Shown: positions 13,357 through 24,759 of the stretch, in pieces
Layout of the letters: each line of letters begins with the position of its first letter
Numbering within the stretch: the first letter of the stretch is position 1
DNA from: Octopus sinensis
Taxonomy: Eukaryota
Length of the DNA stretch: 64,000 nucleotides
Assembly (NCBI RefSeq): GCF_006345805.1
Contig: NC_042998.1
Span: 20,832,001-20,896,000 of the forward strand
Direction of reading: 5' to 3'
Notes under the pieces: generated by a model
What the model saw: only the letters and a program-made list of their open reading frames with translations
What the model was told of the DNA's origin: nothing
Databases searched by the model: none
Translations under genes and position numbers: made by a program

Positions 13357-13593
13357 TGTTGTTGTTATATATATATATGTATTGAGTATTAAAGGAAGTA
13401 GTGAGTACTTAGTATGAAAGATTAAGAAAATGAGAGAGACTGAAACAACGTGTTAACGATACAAGATACTTTATTCGACTGCCGTTGTTGTACAAGTTAA
13501 TTGTTTTGGCGGGAAACAAAGTGAAAGTCCTTTTATCAAGGGAGACAATGGGCGACGTTGATTGTTCATGTTTGTTGTGATGATTATATAACA
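13357..13593 (-). repeat. Putative LTR (about 235 bp, TGTTATAT...ACA) of the Gypsy element
   Basis: Starts TG and ends CA on the minus strand, with a short terminal inverted repeat, directly before the PBS. The second LTR is not visible for confirmation. Confidence 0.6.
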
Positions 13594-14099
13594 TCTTCCT
13601 TTTTTTTATATCATCTGTATCCTACGACCGCGAGTCCGCTGCCCTAACCTATACATATATATTATATTATTATATATATATATATATTATAATATATATA
13701 TATATTTAAAAAAGGAGATGTGGAACACGAGTTGTGATATATAAAAAAAGGAAATGAAGAAAATGCTGACAAAATAATTTAAGTAAGGGAGAGTGTATTT
13801 AATTAGGTGAAAGTTCTTTTTACCGGTTGCGCATTTGTTATGCTTATCAAAAGATATTTTTTTAGGAGAGATAGAGTTCCTTTCTGATAGATTTTTTTCT
13901 CTTAACCAGTGGCCCAGTGGTTAGGGCAGCGGACTCGCGGTCGTAGGATCGCGGTTTCGATTCCCAGACCGGGCGTTGTGTGTGTTTATTGAGCGAAAAC
14001 ACCTAAAAGCTCCACGAGGCTCCGGCAGGGGGTGGTGATCCCTGCTGTACTCTTTCACCACTCTTTCTTCTGTTGGCCTGCTCGCTTAGCTAGGAACAT

Positions 14100-14246
14100 C
14101 GTATACACAGAAGTATTCGAGTGAAGAGAAGACATTGCAACCTACAGATGCGCCTTCGTTCCCTAGAGGGAAAGGACTAGATTGGGATTAGTCGTTGCCT
14201 ACTAGGGGCTCTTACATACCCGGGCAACGCCGGACTATGCTGCTAG

Positions 14247-14247
<1 letters not shown>
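14100..14247 (+). mobile_element. Helitron 3' end fragment
   Basis: CCCGGGCAACGCCGG hairpin followed by GCTGCTAG|T. Confidence 0.5.
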
Positions 14248-14277
<30 letters not shown>

Positions 14278-14321
14278 GTATACATATATATACATACATA
14301 TATATATATATATATGTATAC

Positions 14322-14356
<35 letters not shown>

Positions 14357-14412
14357 TTACATATATATATATTATATATACATATATATATATATACATA
14401 TATATGTATATA

Positions 14413-14444
<32 letters not shown>

Positions 14445-14488
14445 CATATATATGTATATATATACATATGTATAATATATATATATAC

Positions 14489-14519
<31 letters not shown>

Positions 14520-14692
14520 GATATACATATATATATACATATATATATATATATACACATATATATATATATACATATGTATATATATATATATATAGAC
14601 ATATATATATATAACATATATATGTATATATATATACATATATATATACATATATATACATATATATGTTATATATATACATATATATATAC

Positions 14693-14723
<31 letters not shown>

Positions 14724-14738
14724 CATATATATATATAT

Positions 14739-14792
<54 letters not shown>

Positions 14793-14960
14793 CAATATAT
14801 ATATACATACATATATATGTATATATATATACATATATATATACATATATATATACATATATATGTATATATATACATATATATATACATATATATATAT
14901 ATACATATATACATATATATATATATACATATATGTATATATATATATATGTATATAATA

Positions 14961-14995
<35 letters not shown>

Positions 14996-14997
14996 TA

Positions 14998-15031
<34 letters not shown>

Positions 15032-15177
15032 ATATATATATATATACATTATATATACATATATATATACATATATATATATATATACATATATATAATA
15101 TATATATATACATATCTATATATATATACATATATATATATATACTATATACATATTATATATATATACATATATAC

Positions 15178-15212
<35 letters not shown>

Positions 15213-15272
15213 CATATATACATATATATATATATATACATATATATAATATATATACATATACATATATAC

Positions 15273-15339
<67 letters not shown>

Positions 15340-15402
15340 CTATATATATAATACATATATATATATATATATATATCATATATATATACATATATATATT
15401 AC

Positions 15403-15435
<33 letters not shown>

Positions 15436-15523
15436 CTATATATATACATATATATAATATATATATACATATATATATATATAACATTATATATACATAT
15501 ATATATACATATATATAATATAC

Positions 15524-15571
<48 letters not shown>

Positions 15572-15822
15572 TATATATCTATATATATACATATATATAT
15601 ACATATATAATATATATATATATTATATATATATAATATATATACATATATATACATATATATATATAATATATACATATATAATATATATATATATATT
15701 ATATATCTATATATACATATATATAATATATACATATATATATATATATACATATCTATATCTATATATATATTACATATATATACATATATATATATAT
15801 ATATATTATACTATATATATAT

Positions 15823-15886
<64 letters not shown>

Positions 15887-15902
15887 CATATATACATATA
15901 TA

Positions 15903-15941
<39 letters not shown>
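14248..15941. repeat. About 1.7 kb degenerate (TA)n/(TATACA)n microsatellite
   Basis: Direct reading. Confidence 0.95.
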
Positions 15942-15942
<1 letters not shown>

Positions 15943-17049
15943 TCATAATATTAATACGCTAACTTTTTGTTTTGTATGTACCTGATGTGTGTCTCACACT
16001 TCAGAGAAGTGGCAAAGTGAGAGAGAGGAGGACAAGAGGAAGTAAGAAAGAAAGAGAGAGGAGAGAGAGAGTGAGAGAAAGAAAGAGAGAAAGTGAGAGA
16101 GACAGTTCATAGATACATAGACACAGCAAATATTGGCTGTCAATTTCACTTTTCATTACCACACGAGGATAAAATTAACTCACAAATGGCTGAGTACTCC
16201 ACAGGCATGCATAACGTTAACGTAGTTCTCAGGGAGATTCAGCCTCACACAGAATATGACAAGGCTGGCCCCTTTGAATTACAGCTACAACTCCAGACAT
16301 ATATATGTATAATGTATTTGTGTGTGTGCATAGTTTAGGTTAGTTAAAACAATGTTTGCAATAATAAGTGTCGCGTGATGAAAATAAACGCAATTACCAA
16401 ACTTTCATTCATAAATCCATTTATTATTTCGTTCTTTTGCATTTCAATTTGTACATTAAGGTTCTTCGAATATGTACGATGTATTTTAAAGTTAAATAGT
16501 AATTCCGTTTACATTTGTGTAACTTTCTATATTCTGTAACTGTCACAATATACTTTTCTAGGCCTGAAAATTTTGTGGGGAGGTGGGGCAGTTGATTAGA
16601 TCGACCCCAGTACACAACTGGTACTTAATTTATCGACCTCGAAAGGATGAAAGGCAAAGTCGACCTCGGCAGAATTTGAACTCGGAACATAAAGACAGAC
16701 GGTCATAATATACAAACATTTCTCATGGCACCAGTACACTGTTCGCAGATGCTTACATTTTTTGTTTTCCGTGAATTTTTCATGGGTCCAGCTAGTATGA
16801 AGAGACCGATAGAATAAGTACTGATCTTACAAAGAATAAGTCCTGGGGTCGATTTGCTCGACTAAAGGTGGTGCTTCAGCATGGCCGCAGTCAAATGCCT
16901 GAAACAAGTGAAAGGATAAAAGAGTTGTAGATACGAGGCGAATTTAGAGCGAAAAAAACCCCCCAAAAATTGATTTTAATCGTGGAATGTACGATGAATG
17001 AGGGGAGTAGGTTATTAAATTTTCTTTCATTTCTTTAAACTGCGAATTA

Positions 17050-17495
17050 GAAATGTGGCAATCTTTCGTCTCTAGTAGACCTTTCCGTCGATTTCCGTAA
17101 AAAATTTTAATTTTTTTACATATGGGCTTGCGGGAACTTTTGAAGTAATGAGAGCGAAAGACACTAAGAGAAAGCGATTGTATGACGAGGGAAGTTCTTT
17201 TGAAGTTACCGTGCATGGAAAGCATTGATGTACATGTGTGTGTGTGTGTGTGTGTTTGATGGGGTGTGGGAGACAGAAAGTATGTTGTGTAAGTGAAGTG
17301 CTTCTGTTAGTGTGTATGAAGAGACAGAGTAATGTGTGAAAGAGAGAGATAACTGAAATATTTTACTCGGTGTATGTGTATATGTATGTATATTACTTCA
17401 AAAGTTCCCTGCAAGCCCATATATATAAAAAAAAAAAATTTTTACGGAAATCGACGGAAAGGTCTACTAGAGACGAAAGATCGCCAGAAATGTTT
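17050..17495. repeat. Inverted repeat pair (about 100 bp arms) upstream of the AS3MT promoter
   Basis: 17050-17149 is the reverse complement of about 17392-17495. Confidence 0.75.
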
Positions 17496-17843
17496 CTGGA
17501 TAAAACGATGAAAAATTACGAATATGGAAAAATAATTTTACTCGAGATATTGCGAAGACACGTTGTAGTCGACAGATAGGGAGAAGATACGAAATTAGTT
17601 GCTGTGACATTTCAAAAAACGGGTTTTGAAAAAAAAAAAAGCATTTTTTTTTTTGTGAATGAGTAATTTGCTATTGTTTTGCATTCAGAAAATGTTAAAA
17701 AAATTCCGAAAAACTAATTTTATTTCTAGTTTGTGATTTCTATTTCGAATAGAGGGAGAATAACGAAGAAAAAAAAACTTTCTCTTGGCCTTTAGAAATT
17801 GATGATACGTTGTCAAATAATGTATTGTAAAGCGAAAGGACGA

Positions 17844-17913
17844 GGGGCGGGGTAAACGCCGGCAGAAGCACCAACGAGCGACGTGCTTGCTCTACTTTAT
17901 TCTCCATATAAAG
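17844..17913 (+). promoter_or_regulatory. Putative AS3MT core promoter: GC box GGGGCGGGG (17844-17852) and TATA-like TATAAAG (17907-17913)
   Basis: Motifs seen about 90-155 nt upstream of ATG 18000 in a locally CpG-rich patch. Function is inferred. Confidence 0.45.
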
Positions 17914-17999
17914 TTGAATTTCATTAATCGCTCCTTTAAGCTTTTCGCCGACACTTGTAGATAATACCAACTGTTGTTTCTCTAGGAATAAATATAAAC

Positions 18000-18172
18000 A
18001 TGCGTGACGCAAGTGAAGGAAAAATCCACGATCAAGTGAAGGAATATTACGGGAAAACCGTTAAAACAACGGATGACCTAAAACTTAGTTCATGCAGTGT
18101 ATCACTAGGCAAAAGGCTTAGCCCACGGGTAAAGAATGTCATTGCTATGGTCCACGAGGATATCCGTAAGAA
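18000..18172 (+). CDS. AS3MT: AS3MT coding exon 1, upstream duplicate copy (MRDASEGKIHDQVKEYYGK...VHEDIRK)
   Basis: Near-identical to 22516-22688, open frame, intact GTAAGT donor at 18173 in the same phase, so it can join exon 2. Confidence 0.8.
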
Positions 18173-18650
18173 GTAAGTAAACAATTATAAGATCGAAAAT
18201 TACAAAGTTTGCCTTTCAGCTACTGAAATCGATAAAACAAATCCTATTTACCGTATTTTAACGTGTTAAAGGAACCCTCTTGTATAAGGAATCCCCTAAT
18301 TTTTCGTGCTTAAAATTTGAAGAAAAAAGTTTTGTAAGGGATTATAATACTATCTATGTTTAAGAAACTCCCATATTTTTTTAACCTAATTTTTGACAAA
18401 AAAGGGTACCTTACGTTAAAATACGGTAAGTAGAGAGATCGATAAAAATAGACAAAGGTGATAGGATGACCGAATCGTTTGAGAATCGAACGAAATGTTC
18501 GTGGTTTTTTTAATTATAGCTGTTAAACGTTTTGCGTTCAAATCTCACCAAGGTTAACTTTGCCTTTCATTCTTTCGAGGTCGATGAAACAAAGTATCTG
18601 TCAAATACTGGAGTCGGTGTAATCGAATCAATAATACGGATTGGTAATCC

Positions 18651-20573
18651 GGTTAATATAGGGCGTAACAAATATCAGAAAATCAAAAAAAAAATGTGTG
18701 TAATAGGTGTAAAACAACTTCCTATGAACGAATATGAAAAAAAAAATTCGCGCACGCGAAAGGGGGGTGGGGGAGAGGCCTCGGAAAATTCACATCGGGA
18801 AGTTCCGAAAGCGTCTGAGGAGCTGACCCGGGCACCAAAACAAAAAAAAAATAGTGTAATATGTGTAAAACAACTTGCTCTAAACGAATATGAAAAAAAA
18901 AATGCGCTCTCGAGAAAGAGGGGTGGGGGAGAGGCCTCGGAATATTTATATCGGGAATTTCCGAAAGCGTCTGAACCGGGCACAAAAACAAAAACAAAAA
19001 CAGCGTAATAGGTGTAAAACAACTTGCTCTAAACGACTATCATGAAAAAAATGCGCGCTCGCGAAAGGGGGGTGGGGGAGAGGCTTCGGAAATTTCACAT
19101 CTTCAGTCCACGGCCTTTAAACTAAGAAAAAATAGTGTAATTGGTGTAAAACTACTTGTTCTAAACGAGTATCAAGAACACACACTCACACATGAATCAT
19201 AAACTCCGTATTTCGCAAAAAAAAAAAATAAGAGAAGAAATTCTGGAAAAAGTGAAGAAATGTTGGATCTCCGCCATGTGAATCAAAATACGTGTCAGAA
19301 ACATCTTGAAATACTACAGAAATTATGTTACGAAAATGATAATGTATACATACCTCTTTGAGTGGTCCATCGATAATGATGATAAAGAAATGAGTTGGAT
19401 TTGAACTCAGAATATTGACTAACACAACTACATACTACAAGACTCAAAATATTCAGCCAAGTCACCACCCTTTAACTAGCAATAATAATAACATCAATAA
19501 CATAACAGCCAAAAGATTTATCTGTTCTGAAAATAACAATCATAGTAAATAAATATGTTCTTTAATATTCACATTCATGTGCACAGTTAAACACACTTAC
19601 ATACAAACAGTCACGCATGCATAATACAGAACGGAACACATAAATGAAGGATGCATTACTTAGTATATATTACATCTAGAGAATTTTGATTAATAAGTCA
19701 AATATGCAAATTATAAAGATAATTAATTGCTTTACTAAACAGTGTTGTAAAGGTGAAAAAATAAATTTGGGAAAAAAACACGCCAAAACTAATTAATAAA
19801 GGATAATTAGGGAAGGATTGACACAAAATAATAATTTTTTCTGTCTCTTTTTTTCTGATAAATGCATCTTAATAAGTGAGAAGAATTGCATATATCTGAA
19901 CTATTTCAAAGAAAAGCATAAATTTAATGTTTAAAATAGCTTTAACCAAGGAATGAGATCCAACATTTCTTCACTTTTTCCAGAATTTCTTCTCTTTAAT
20001 TTTTTTTTGCGAAATACGGAGTTTATGATTCATGTGTGAGTGTGTGTTCTTGATACTCGTTTAGAACAAGTAGTTTTACACCAATTACACTATTTTTTCT
20101 TAGTTTAAAGGCCGTGGACTGAAGATGTGAAATTTCCGAAGCCTCTCCCCCACCCCCCTTTCGCGAGCGCGCATTTTTTTCATGATAGTCGTTTAGAGCA
20201 AGTTGTTTTACACCTATTACGCTGTTTTTGTTTTTGTTTTTGTGCCCGGTTCAGACGCTTTCGGAAATTCCCGATATAAATATTCCGAGGCCTCTCCCCC
20301 ACCCCTCTTTCTCGAGAGCGCATTTTTTTTTCATATTCGTTTAGAGCAAGTTGTTTTACACATATTACACTATTTTTTTTTTGTTTTGGTGCCCGGGTCA
20401 GCTCCTCAGACGCTTTCGGAACTTCCCGATGTGAATTTTCCGAGGCCTCTCCCCCACCCCCCTTTCGCGTGCGCGAATTTTTTTTTTCATATTCGTTCAT
20501 AGGAAGTTGTTTTACACCTATTACACACATTTTTTTTTTGATTTTCTGATATTTGTTACGCCCTATATTAACC
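18651..20573. mobile_element. Fold-back type element 1, about 620 bp terminal inverted repeats (18651-19271 / 19955-20573) with internal about 150 bp subrepeats
   Basis: Left end GGTTAATATAGGGCGTAACAAATATCAG and right end are exact reverse complements; arms align throughout; 683 bp AT-rich spacer with no credible ORF. Confidence 0.85.
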
Positions 20574-20643
20574 AAAACTTTCTCTTGGCCTTTAGAAATT
20601 GATGATACGTTGTCAAATAATGTATTGTAAAGCGAAAGGACGA

Positions 20644-20713
20644 GGGGCGGGGTAAACGCCGGCAGAAGCACCAACGAGCGACGTGCTTGCTCTACTTTAT
20701 TCTCCATATAAAG
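20644..20713 (+). promoter_or_regulatory. Duplicate of the putative core promoter (GC box plus TATA-like), separated from its exon by a 1.7 kb insertion
   Basis: 20574-20733 is a copy of 17774-17933 (offset 2800). Confidence 0.45.
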
Positions 20714-20733
20714 CTGAATTTCATTAATCGCTC

Positions 20734-22222
20734 TGTACTTATCTATTGTCGTGGTCCCGGTTTCGCACACGCGAATTCGCGCGCGCGCGCGCCAGACGTA
20801 GGTACTCGATACTCGAGATCCTACGAGGTGACTTGCGCATGCGCAGTGCAGAATTCGCGCATGCGCGTTAACGCCCCCCCTAAAAAAAAGGTGTTGGATT
20901 TCACTAAAAATATGTGTGTGTGTGTGTGTGTATATATAACATTTTCAATTTTACACAAAAAAATTACATAGTCGCTTTCCTCGCGGATTTACAGATAAAT
21001 GAATTAATTACTATTTTACAGAATAAAATTAATGAATTAATTATATAAATTAAATAATTCTTGAAAATTAATTAATATCAATAATATTTTTTGAACAAAG
21101 TAAATAATTTATAAAACTTGGTTAATAATTTTTTTTACACAAACGCGAACGTATATAATTTGTGAAACTTTTTTTTTTTTTACAGACGTATATAATTTGG
21201 TAAACTTAATGAATTAATTTCTTATCATCATCATCATCGTTTAACGTCCGTTCTCCATGCCAGCATGGGTTGGATGGTTCGACCGGGGATCTGGGAAGCC
21301 AGAAGGCTGCACCAGACTCCAGTCTTATCTGGCAATGTTTCTACAGCTGGATGCCCTTCCTAACGCCAACCACTCCGAGAGTGTAGTGGGTGCTTTTTAC
21401 ATGCCACCCGCACAGGTGCCAGGCGAGGCTGGCAACGGCCACGGTCGGATTGGTGCCAGTCGAGGCGGCTCTGGCATCGGCCACGATTCGGATAGTGCTT
21501 TTTACGTACCACCAGTCCAGGGGTCCTGGCATTTGCCGGGTGTCACACTTGCCCCAACATGTCTTCGCAAGCAAAGGGGGTTGGCATGGGTGCCTGTCGT
21601 GGGATGAGGTTCGATATCAACTTCGCTTGCCTCAACAGGTCTTTGTGTATAAATGTATAAATTTTTCGCACTAAATTCTTTCCGTAGAATTTATCAAAAA
21701 ACGCGCAAAATTATTCCGTAGAATTTATCAAATTAAAAAACGCAAAATTAATATATTTTTTGAAATTGCAAATTATTTAGAATATAAAACAAATGAAGTT
21801 AAATTTTAAAAATAAATGTCATATACTTATACTCTGTAAGGTGCTGTGTTCACACTTCAATTTACTATTTTCTAGAAATGTTGCTTTTCTAATTGAAACA
21901 ATTTTTCTCAATCTCCATTTAAAAGTCCATCATGTCTCTTGAGACATATCAAAATGAACAACTTTGAATTACGTCTGTAAAAAAAAAAAAAAGTTTCACA
22001 AATTATATACGTTCGCGTTTGTGTAAAAAAAATTATTAACCAAGTTTTATAAATTATTTACTTTGTTCAAAAAATATTATTAATATTAATTAATTTTCAA
22101 GAATTATTTAATTTATATAATTAATTCATTAATTTTATTCTGTAAAATAGTAATTAATTCATTTATCTGTAAATCCGCGAGGAAAGCGACTATGTAATTT
22201 TTTTGTGTAAAATTGAAAATGT

Positions 22223-22261
<39 letters not shown>

Positions 22262-22441
22262 TTTTAGTGAAATCCAACACCTTTTTTTTTAGGGGGAGGC
22301 GTTAACGCGCATGCGCGAATTCTGCACTGCGCATGCGCAAGTCACCTCGTAGGATCTCGAGTATTGAGTACCTACGTCTGGCGCGCGCGCGCGCGCGAAT
22401 TCGCGTGTGCGAAACCGGGACCACGACAATAGACAAGTACC
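20734..22441. mobile_element. Fold-back/MITE-like DNA transposon 2, about 460-470 bp TIRs, 8 bp target site duplication AATCGCTC
   Basis: Arms 20734-21190 and 21970-22441 are reverse complements. AATCGCTC lies at 20726-20733 and 22442-22449, and the empty site is visible in the other copy at 17926-17933. Confidence 0.9.
21225..21648 (-). mobile_element. RTE 3' UTR copy nested in fold-back element 2
   Basis: Reverse complement matches 62818-62900 and 63600-63839. Confidence 0.85.
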
Positions 22442-22515
22442 AATCGCTCCTTTAAGCTTTTCGCCGACACTTGTTGATAATACCAACTGTTATTTCTCTA
22501 CGAATAAATATAAAC

Positions 22516-22688
22516 ATGTGTGACTCAAGTGAAGGAAAAATCCACGATCAAGTGAAGGAATATTACGGGAAAACCGTTAAAACAACGGATGACCTAAAGC
22601 TTAGTTCATGCAGTGTATCACTAGGCAAAAGGCTTAGCCCACGGGTAAAGAATGTCATTGCTATGGTCCACGAGGATATCCGTAAGAA
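22516..22688 (+). CDS. AS3MT: AS3MT coding exon 1, downstream copy (MCDSSEGKIHDQVKEYYGKTVKTTDDLKLSSC...VHEDIRK)
   Basis: ATG at 22516, YYG and Cys32 motif, donor GTAAGT at 22689 (phase 2). Confidence 0.88.
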
Positions 22689-24724
22689 GTAAGTAAACAA
22701 TTATAAGATCGAAAATTACAAAGTTTGCCTTTCAGCTACTGAAATCGATAAAACAAATCCTATTTACCGTATTTTAACGTGTTAAAGGAACCCTCTTGTA
22801 TAAGGAATCCCCTAATTTTTCGTGCTTAAAATTTGAAGAAAAAAGTTTTGTAAGGGATTATAATACTATCTATGTTTAAGAAACTCCCATATTTTTTTAA
22901 CCTAATTTTTGACAAAAAAGGGTACCTTACGTTAAAATACGGTGAGTAGAGAGATCGATAAAAATAGACAAAGGTGATAGGATGACCGAATCGTTTGAGA
23001 ATCGAACGAAATGTTCGTGGTTTTTTTAATTATAGCTGTTAAACATTTTGCGTTCAAATCTCACCAAGGTTAACTTTGCCTTTCATTCTTTCGAGGTCGA
23101 TGAAACAAAGTATCTGTCAAATACTGGAGTCGGTGTAATCGAATCAATAATACGGATTGGTAATCCTTAACCAAAGCGGTGTCAGTTTAAATGAAACTAA
23201 TATTTCTTCTATAGTAGTTGTTTTCATTCTGGGTCCACATGAAATTTTTGGGGTCCACGCAACTAAATAGTAAATAGTAAACTGGGGATCTTCAATAGTA
23301 TTTTAAGAGCCCCTGAAAAAATTTTGTATGTATTGTAAGAAGGAGCTAGGTTTCTTTCTCTAACATATGTAGTTCAACCTACACAAGTTAATGTATGAAA
23401 AACAAAAAAAGAATTTAGTAAGTTACTATAAAACTAGTTTTTAAACATCAAATGGCTATGGGGTCCACCAGAATAAAATAGTAATCAAAGGGTTTCATAG
23501 ATAAAGAAAAATGGTCAGGAACCCCTGTTCTATTGGGGGATAGACATATGTAGAGGTATGGCATAGACATACGTCCACATGTGTGCCCCAACTGTTTTCT
23601 CTATTCACTGGTGTAGCCTCAGATTTACAGTGATATACTTATTTCAAAACTCCACTTTAGCATTATTACAAATTGGCTCCCAACCAGAATATTCTGAAAC
23701 ACCCCCAAGAACCGAAGTCTGGCGACGGGCCTGGTTGCAGAGTAAATTGAAAAATCTCATAAATTTTGAAATGCGTAATAGGACCGCCGTAAGCCTAGTT
23801 TGGCATAATTTCATTTATTATTTCGTTTTGGATTTGGTTTGCAAGATTCTTTATTATGGTCTCTAGATTTCCAGCTGGTTGTTCAGCAACTTCCGAAAGA
23901 AGTTATATTTAATTACTTTTGTTTTCGTGTCCAGTTTGAAGGCGACATTTGCTCTGAACTCGGTGAGATAGGTGAAAAGTCGAACTTCTAGGGAATGTCG
24001 CATTCAAGGGGACATGAAAACTGAAGTAAATAAATTAAAATTATTTATGGAAATAACCGAACAACCAGGAAATCTCCTGACCATAAACGAAACTATTTCG
24101 TCCCCACTTTTTTTTTTTTTTTTAATTTTATGAAATGAAAATATTTCAATTCATGATTTTTAAATGTCTGCTTCTCCCACTTCTCATACCTTTATGGCAG
24201 CTACGTTACTAAAAAGATTTTTCCCTTCACGTTGGTGTAAGTTTATCATATTCTGAAACGTATTTTAAACGTCGTGTCCTTCTTCACCCTCACTTATCAT
24301 GCCTATAATAATAAACACTACTAGAATCTACAGGTACAAGGCCTGAAATTGGGGTGGAGGGTCTTGTCGATTATGTCGACTCCAGTACGCTAATGGTACT
24401 TAATTACTTAATTTTTTTTTGTCCATCTCGAAAGAATGAAAGGTTAAGTCGACCTCGGTGGAATTTGAACTCAGAACGTAAAAACGGATGAAATGCCGTT
24501 AAGTATTTGGGCCGCGTTTCTGCCAGCTTGCCGCCTTACACCTTAGGAAGAAAAAAAACTGAAATGATATCCAATTCAGTACCTAAAGGGTTGCAAAAAG
24601 AACTTAACCTTTTCGCCCTTCTGCACGTGTACACGCACAAAAACACATACAAACGTGTAAGTGCCCACTGGTGGGAGGGAACAAACACACCCACACAAAT
24701 ACATACACACACACACACACACAC

Positions 24725-24759
<35 letters not shown>

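Larger units (their letters stand above)
9629..13593 (-). mobile_element. Gypsy/Ty3 LTR retrotransposon, frameshifted (gag-CCHC-protease-RT-RNaseH-integrase), 3' end lost at the assembly gap
   Basis: gag ORF 13302-12439; zinc knuckle CEKCKKQGHYAKMC; protease KIDTGADVTVL; RT LDASNGYWQI, LPFGIHSASEVFQ and SQDDIII; RNaseH TDASKHGLGAIL; integrase HTGHMG..CSYC and NGMVER. Domain order PR-RT-RH-IN; at least four frameshifts. Confidence 0.93.

Noticed and set aside
13619-13949. Perfect 31 bp inverted repeat (13619-13649 vs 13919-13949)
   Set aside because: Both are pieces of the abundant SINE D head; best explained by a small local rearrangement or independent fragments.
14195-15753. ORFs up to 298 aa of YI repeats
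   Set aside because: (TA)n microsatellite artefacts.
18532-20770. 158 aa and 196 aa ORFs with mirrored sequence, possible transposase
   Set aside because: They are read-throughs of the low-complexity inverted arms and have no DDE or DNA-binding motifs.
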